A stretch of DNA of 64,000 nucleotides from Nemertoderma westbladi (Eukaryota; Animalia; Xenacoelomorpha). Of the stretch, positions 57,801-64,000 are shown in pieces (position 1 is the stretch's first letter; each line of letters opens with the position of its first letter). The position numbers were made by a program, and so were the translations under genes. Where the stretch lies: contig JAUCBJ010007250.1 of NCBI GenBank assembly GCA_032718475.1, positions 585 to 64,584 on the forward strand, read 5' to 3'. The notes under the pieces were generated by a model, which saw only the letters and a program-made list of their open reading frames with translations, was not told the DNA's origin and did not search any database.

Positions 57801-58051
57801 ACACGTGCGTCTTTTGGATAGAATTCAGGTAACCTTACCTTTTGTTTGATCTCACCTCCAGACGCCATTGGTTGTTGTTGGTTAGCTGATTGCGCGTGGC
57901 TGAGCATAATTTTAATAACAGTTAGGTTCTCTTTATCAAGTTCTTCAATGATTTCCTTTTTCGTTGCTGGCATTTTGAAATCGTCATTTTCAGCTCGTAA
58001 TTGACTGAGAACTTCTTCCAGTTGGCTCTTACGGTAAGTGTTTAAAGACAT
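54833..58051 (-). CDS. gag-pol: Gypsy Gag-protease-RT-RNase H
   Basis: LVDSGS, WRPCGDYR, MPFGL, YIDD, TTDAS, DRELLA, TDHKPL, VADTLSR. Confidence 0.93.
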   Translation of the reverse strand: MSLNTYRKSQLEEVLSQLRAENDDFKMPATKKEIIEELDKENLTVIKIMLSHAQSANQQQPMASGGEIKQKVRLPEFYPKDARVWFHQVEAVLLGHSHSSMKSNLLAALPTEIILDAGVNVTDSFDIIRSNIITHLADSDDRRLRRLLAEQELGDRKPSAALRQMLRLAPGNEQVVRLRFLEILPPTISIVLSTLDDLNLERLSETADKMMEQHQSKTDQSSLFPVAHVTELGALQESQRLLVQSQQMLSDQINQINTQLRAMSSNREDGRGRSWQQRSLSRQRTPSRRRSESRSYNPTGPWCYYHFTYGKEASKCEPPCNWKDFSKASSTMPGNSNQNYNNTSDVNAIHVQALPIGELLVDSGSDLSILPPCFKMYLEELVPNSESLTAANHSSIKSYGKGKLSFSIPELSNKLFSWTFIVADVSQPILGLDFLHQHYNINIDCRNRKVYFRNLNSMNRTSVSCVNKVKNVSCEQSPIPKLQQPNSKHIPKRSQESDTTHKRESFRSNSRYFSSFKNNVILLLLILTSCYPCAYFLHNFKILPLFFIIGVMGSVVGLTLDDFTVGNEFIGCSGPPKIDLCLSDIYFQKSHKKGHPNINRITSDNRLNKITQKYKSVFASESLDAPVKHDIEHHILTTGPPCFSRPRRLYGEKFKIATKEFDDLLNSKIVERSESCWSSPLHLAPKTNGSWRPCGDYRKLNRLTVRDCYPMPNIADITNNCRGCNIFSKIDLKTAFHQIPVAPDDVKKTAITTPFGMFSFRRMPFGLRNASQTFQRLIDTTLYNLKFAIGYIDDILIASENIEQHYKDIETVLKRLEERGLKASISKCTFIQQEVLFLGYIVTKSGVRPNPEKIRAIDEFPRPKTISSLRRFLGMCGFYHRFTPNFSSIAAPLTDLTRSTKSKSEKFSFTPEADTAFIRLKEALKQTVTLSFPSPGAPLTITTDASGQAVGAVVHQMVEGKSEPLAFFSRKLTSTESKKSAFDRELLAIYTTLKHYDWLFGQVITIYTDHKPLVHCLNMKNPTPQQSRWLSFLSEFNCEIKHVAGKDNIVADTLSRPCSTISFDNLRELAEN

Positions 58052-60839
58052 GTCCGGGTCACCAATATGTTAGGGTCCGATATGAATCAAAATAAATTGT
58101 AAACTTTTATCTGACTAAGTAGTATAATTTCTAGATTGATCTAACCGAATAATAAATATTATATCCTACAAACAGCTGTACTACGTTGTATAATCTAAGT
58201 AAAGGTCATATTACTGGATGGTGTAAGAGTCAATGTATCGAGATTTGATTATCCCATTATAGTCATTTATATAAGGTATTTTTCCAGTGTTAATTACATT
58301 GCAATATAATTAAGGATTAAAGCAATATACACTTTTATTGACTCTTACAATGCGCAAATCTATATTTTCCTTGTTTTCATTGCTAATTGGTGCTATTATA
58401 ACTAATTTTTCAGTGAACTCTGTTCTGATTGATCGGTGGCACAAGGTGCTTGATCCAAGTTTAACGTAATTATCGTATTCGGAATACATTGTTAAATTTC
58501 CTTTATTTTCGTACTTGGTGTAATTCTACTTTAATGTGCTGTATTTCTCAAATTTAGTTTAGTTAGTTCTGCCTTGTATGTACAATGGATCGTTTGTGTC
58601 CGAGATTATAAATAGATAATAATAAATAATAATTGTCAACACTCCTGAGACTCCTACGTTACAAATGGGCGCGGTTTCCTGATGATGCTCCAGGCATCTT
58701 GACTTATTATTCCTCTTTCCTTTAAGATGGGACCGCACTACTCATTTAAGTTCCAGCAACGTGTTGATAGGGATCATTGGCTGAGAGTCAAATCTGGGTC
58801 TCCATGGAGTCGTGAGATTAGAGCTTTGAAGGCTGTTGAGGAAGACATACTCCCTTTGTGTTTACACTGCGATCACTCACATTTGGGTTACTGCATGAAG
58901 GCCCTGACCAGGCATGCAAATGGATATTGGATATACAATCCCTATAAAATACCCTATAGAGGTGATGGGACCCCACAATGCCGATTCTGCAAGATATATT
59001 TGGTCATATTGATGCTGATTGTTTCCTTCTGTGACGGGACTTGAACAAGGAATTCGAGGTTTCAGCAATTGCCATTGAGCAAAGGGATAGGCGTGGAAAC
59101 CAAGAACTACTTCCCATTATTCAACAGAAGCCTTTTTGGTGGCATCAAGTGCATATCTTCAAACCAATATATTCAACGAGCACCTCAAAAATGATCTGAC
59201 TGAAACATTCATATAACTATGAATTTAAAGAATTATGGTTCATAAATTTTGCTAAATAAAAAATAAATATATTATATAGTGTTAATTAATTTATCAAATA
59301 AATGTGGTGTTAAGAACCGAATCCACAAATGTTCTCACTTTGGATCTCGAGGGGCTAGTAGTTCTTCGCTGGATGCACTGTAATCCAGGGGTTAGAAGGT
59401 CTAATATGTCGAGCCATCCTAAATCTTGTCTCAACTACCAGTACTAATTTTATCCAGTAGTCTTCCCACTAAGGTCCACCAAACACTGCTAAGCCCCCCT
59501 GAACAGTGGAAAAATCGATAATTTTCCTATTCAGGCGTACAGCTGTTGCTAACTACAGCAAATATTTAACCTCACCAGGGCTATGGTCTCTAGTAGGGAT
59601 GGAATCAATTTTATTACTCAAAGAAATGAAGCCTCACTAACTGAACCAACAGACAATCTCTAGTTCAGGGTTCGCACAAGGGCACGCGGCTAATTTAATT
59701 TTTATAATTTTATTAAAAATATATAAATTAAAACATGAATACCGAATGTGTAAAAAAACACAACACCGGTTTCTTTGTACTAAAATGTGTAATATAAAAA
59801 AAAAAAAATATATATATATAATAAAATATGTACTAAAATAAAATAAATAAAAGAAATTAAATCCCAATTGTCCCTAATCTGGCAAATACAGTGCAGCGAG
59901 TACTACTCACTCAATTTCGAGTCGGCGAAGCCGTTGCCCAATGCGTCTATTAAACCCAACATCGCCTAAGTAATGCGCTAATAACTCAGCAAATACCTAA
60001 TTTCAGTCCAAATTTAAACAATAATAAGGTGTGTTTTGTTGCGTCCCTAATTTAAATAATCGCTGCCCCTTATACTAAATTTTGGCTGAAATGGTTGGTT
60101 CTAATTATTAAACTAAAGCTCAAACAGTTTGTATATTCTGACTTAAAACGTTAGTACTTTAATACCGAATTGCGCTAAACAAATTTTGGTTATCAACTTT
60201 AGGTTGTCAAACTTAGATTAGTCGGACTAAAACATTTAACATTTGGATATAACATTTGGACTAAACTTGGTCTAAAACAATGGGAAATATAAAATTTGGT
60301 CTAAAAACATTTGGACTAAAATATCGAAGGTGTTTCCGGCCTGTCAACAATGTAAAACTGTTGCCAAAACCCGATATGATTTAAGAACCCCAACTGTAAT
60401 CCCTCCCCAATAGTGCTCCTAAAAAACGGCCCCGGTACTTCCCTTCATGAATGCAAGCACAGCACCTGTCATCTGACATCCTTCATCCAAAACCCCTGCG
60501 CGCTTGGCGGATGCGTCCCTAACATCTCTCTATCCCATTATTACGTAACCCAATGTATGCTACCGGTACGTAGAGCAGTAGCAGGTACTGCTACAGTAGT
60601 GAAGCAGAAAATAACACAGTCACGATAGTAACAGATTACATAATACTGTATTGCATAATCAGCAGTCATGCATATTTGCAACAAAGTTACTGGATTTCAG
60701 CAGTAAACCGTTAAAATTTTACACAAAATCCATAAGTATATTCACAAATCGAAGAAAATCAGAAGGAATAAGTAGGCCTATAATAAGAATAACTTTTAAT
60801 AATTAGCATTACAGTATTGTTGTATTTAATGTCGACCGG

Positions 60840-60975
60840 GGTGATGTGTTAATTGGCAAAATGGATGTGAAAGACGCCTTTAAAACGCTGCCGCTTTCCA
60901 AATCTGACTGGTCACTCTTCGGAATATGCTGGCAGGGTTTATTTTTCGTTTATGTCAGAATGGTATTTGAGAGAA
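60840..60975 (+). pseudogene. DIRS/Ngaro-type reverse transcriptase fragment
   Basis: Manual translation GKMDVKDAFKTLPLSKSDWSLFGICWQGLFFVYVRMVF resembles tyrosine-recombinase retroelement RT. Confidence 0.6.
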
Positions 60976-61505
60976 TGCTATTTCAAATTTGATGCAATCT
61001 CAACAACATTTGGAGGCATTTCTCCTGATGAAATTAAACAGGTATTGGCAGGTAATCTGGCATTTATGAATAGGCCCCTGTTTTCGGATTTTCCGGGCCC
61101 CTCTCTGGGTCCTACCACGCCAATGGAAGGATCTCATTTCAACTCTCAGAGATTGTTAGGTTAGTACAGTACATAGTTAACTAAAACTAATAGTTAAATA
61201 GTTATCGTAAAATATTAAGAATTTGTTACACCTTTACTACAGTAAGTTAACACACACAAATTTTCAGACACTTTCTTAAAAAAATGTAAATGTAGTAGGA
61301 TTTACGAAAATATTTCGAGATAATTCACTTCAGGTTCAGAGATTTATATAAATATATAAATTACGATCCTCCATGAGTACTATGATCACAAATAATATTT
61401 GACCAATCACCATAAATAAGAATTACCGTTTGCAAACAAACAATATTACAGTATTTTGCAAATACGCAGCCCATAACCAATATATCAAGTTTTATGAGGA
61501 TAGTT

Positions 61506-61877
61506 TTAGGTGTTGGAGCACATATAATACTGGTGAGTGTGATCGTAAAAGTAGGACCACCAGCGTCGGAGGGAATCCTTTACTAGTAGAGGACATCCGT
61601 CTACTACAGCGGTATTAAACTTGGGATCTATATCGTTGACTCCCGGGACGAAGTAACCCGACCAACCACCTCCGAACCACTGGATGCGGTAAAATATGAT
61701 CCTAGCATCGTATTTGTGCAATCCCAGGTAGGGGTACAATCCCGCCTTAAATTCACAATCCTCTGTTGGCCCTGCTGTGACCCATTTGCACTTTGCTTCG
61801 TTCACCACATGGGACACAAACTGGGACTGAACCAAGATGGGGAGTAACACGATAGCGAGAAACATTTTCGGAACCAT
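61506..61877 (-). CDS. Small secreted protein of unknown function (host gene, 123 aa)
   Basis: Signal-peptide-like N-terminus, 4 Cys, Trp/Tyr-rich body. Probable 5' UTR intron 61890-62300 (donor CAG|GTAAGT, acceptor TTTTCTCACTACAG). Confidence 0.75.
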   Translation of the reverse strand: MVPKMFLAIVLLPILVQSQFVSHVVNEAKCKWVTAGPTEDCEFKAGLYPYLGLHKYDARIIFYRIQWFGGGWSGYFVPGVNDIDPKFNTAVVDGCPLLVKDSLRRWWSYFYDHTHQYYMCSNT

Positions 61878-64000
61878 GATTGGAGATACCTGTAGTGAGA
61901 AAATAGTAGGAGAGATTAATAAGGATGGATACGAAATCGAGTTGATTATACATTACATATATTTTATTGTAACGGACATAATTAATTACGGACTTAATTA
62001 ATAAATCGTAACGGATTAAGTTAGTTAATTTGAAGTATTTAAAAATATTAATTTGATTCCACTCTGTTATTTTGATGGTTTTTGAGATTTCTAGTTTACA
62101 ATAATTTGAAAATTTAAAATCACAATAAGTAGGCCTAAATAAAGTCAATCTTGGCTCTCTTCGTTTTATACTGTATTAGGACCGTTTTGTATAAATTATA
62201 TTGTTTTGTACTATAATTGAAAAATCTACAACGAAATCAAGTTGAAGTGATAATTGTTCATTATCATACAGTATAATTGATATGAAGTAGAGGGACTTAC
62301 CTGAAACTCCACAACACTTATTAACAAAAAAAATATTGAAACTTTAATGTCGACTTCTACAAGTACAATATGGAAAATAGCATATGAGTGAAATAAATGG
62401 TTGAAGATGTGGTTCCTATAGAAATAGCTCTTATATCTGATGTCTATTAATCTTATAGATATGGCTTTCTATGCCGTTTACATCACAATACGTGTCTTTA
62501 TACTGCGTAACAATCTAATGATAACATCAAAAGATATGACAAGTGGATCATTAATGAACTTCAGAAGAAAGTTGAAATTATAAAAGAGCATTTATGATAA
62601 ACCACAAGAACTTATTCTGTCTTATGTTCCTTAATTGAACAAGAGGTAGTCCTAGAGTTTCATAACTTCAAAGTTAATTCATTGATATCAAAGTTGCTGT
62701 TCGTATTGCAGTTCTTTCAAACGTCTAACAAGCACGTGCACCTTATAAATAGTGTACTGTAGTCTTACATAATCGAGAACTGCGTGTCTTTGAAGATCTT
62801 TTGAAGATAAATTATTACACATCAATTTAATATGGTTATACTTAGCAGTCCTTTTGATGTCATCCTAATTGTCAAATATAATTGAAATGCATAAGCATCG
62901 TTTCATGTAAGAGACAAGTAAACCTACAGCTCTACATAGGTCTACTGTTACAGTATTAATAGGTACCATATGGAGGGATAAGAACATCACACTCACTCAC
63001 TTATCCATCCATTCTTCAGAGTTATTTCTGTCCGATATTCAATTGCAGTCAATCATAGTATATTTACTTGTAAAAGATTTGATCAGGTAAGTTCCATCAA
63101 TATTTTTATTAGATTATTACAATACATAGCTACCATACTCTTTAGAAATGTAAGTAGTATGCATATGTAGCTTTCGGCTTTTAAACAACTCGTTAACGCA
63201 GCTCAGATACCGTTTTGTTTTCAGCTCGTAAATGTAGGTATTATCTATCATGAAATGGAATTGATTTAGGGAAACGCAATGAAAGGATGAAAGTATAACA
63301 GCAAGCGCGTCAATCTTTAACTTCATATAAATATACTAAACCTATACACATACTTGTTACTCATACATACCGAGATTATTAATTTTAGATTTTTACATTT
63401 ACTATACAGTACTGTACATATTAGCTGCCGCATCCATTTCTATAATTAAATAAATATTTTTACAGAATTTAAGCGATTTATAAAGCAGCTCTGAACCCGT
63501 CTTTTTATTATGTATTTTTGGCGACAATTTTTATGAATTCAAACCTTGCTGTTAGCAACTTCGCAGCAAAAAATAAAAATCGAAACGTTTAGAACTTATG
63601 CATTTAATTTCATTGCTTTTACATCCTTTAATATATTAATATGAAGTTACAGATCATCGCGCTTGCTGTTACATTTATCTTTTTATTATCTATCATGTAG
63701 TTTTTATTGACAAAATCATAAAAAAATTAATATTTTAGAAAACAGCGTTAAAGTCAGTGAGATAATTTATTGTAGGATTACAATTCGCTGCAGTACATCT
63801 CGGAGTAGTGCTTTATTAATGTGTAACTTTTTATCTATACCCACAGACGTCCTGGGTACGAGCCCTGCAAGTGAACCAAGAATGTATTAATTTCGGCAAG
63901 AATGCTTTAAAGGGAAATACCAGAGCTATTACTACCAGCGCTTAGATGGTAGCTAAATGAGTACGGTTTCCTTTGGGGAGTGCTGTATAATAAATGGGTG

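Larger units (their letters stand above)
53132..58349 (-). mobile_element. Ty3/Gypsy LTR retrotransposon, CsRn1/Boudicca-like
   Basis: 282-bp LTRs 53132-53413 and 58068-58349 (TGT...ACA, 2 differences seen); TSD ATGCG; tRNA-Trp-like PBS TGGTGACCCGGAC; PPT GAGGGG; Gag CHCC motif WCYYHFTYGKEASKCEPPC. Confidence 0.93.
50451..58469 (+). pseudogene. LINE ORF2 (endonuclease plus reverse transcriptase), two frameshifts and a Gypsy insertion
   Basis: TYNCSG, LQETW, GDFN, WLDH, NYRPI, FLDASKAFD, GVRQGS, FYADD; KAIMR|KSIFS joined across TSD ATGCG, stop at 58467-58469. Confidence 0.9.
48720..58632 (+). mobile_element. Near full-length LINE (RTE-X-like, tentative) interrupted by a Gypsy element
   Basis: ORF1 plus APE-RT ORF2; (AAT)n-like tail at ~58615-58632; ORF2 resumes in frame after the Gypsy TSD. 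The 5' boundary is approximate. Confidence 0.85.

Noticed and set aside
58640-59200. Cys-containing ORF 58727-59044 and the similar unexplained ORFs at 47124-47455
   Set aside because: Possibly decayed transposon sequence, but no motif I can name.

Overview
Eukaryotic (probably invertebrate) DNA that is almost entirely nested retrotransposons. A young, intact ~19 kb BEL/Pao LTR element (A, 6802-25749, + strand, TSD GAGAC) sits inside the second ORF of an older BEL/Pao element (B, 4640-41474, - strand, TSD CATAT). B in turn splits a LINE endonuclease gene, and a third relative (C, 1-~3928, - strand) enters from the left edge. The right half holds LINE fragments, a satellite-like array of X-box palindromes, a Mutator-type foldback MITE, a near full-length LINE interrupted by a CsRn1-type Gypsy element, and one small secreted-protein host gene. 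Main observation: none of the three BEL/Pao elements has a tRNA primer-binding site. In each, the 11-13 nt directly after the 5' LTR are the exact reverse complement of a sequence inside its own LTR, with compensatory changes between elements, which suggests self-primed (Tf1-like) reverse transcription. A and B also carry a non-env extra ORF with a DEDDy-like 3'-5' exonuclease fold and zinc knuckles. A additionally has TA...TA termini, a tRNA-like Pol III cassette in its LTR and 14 dispersed copies of one RNA hairpin. All calls are from reading the sequence by eye; no database searches were run.
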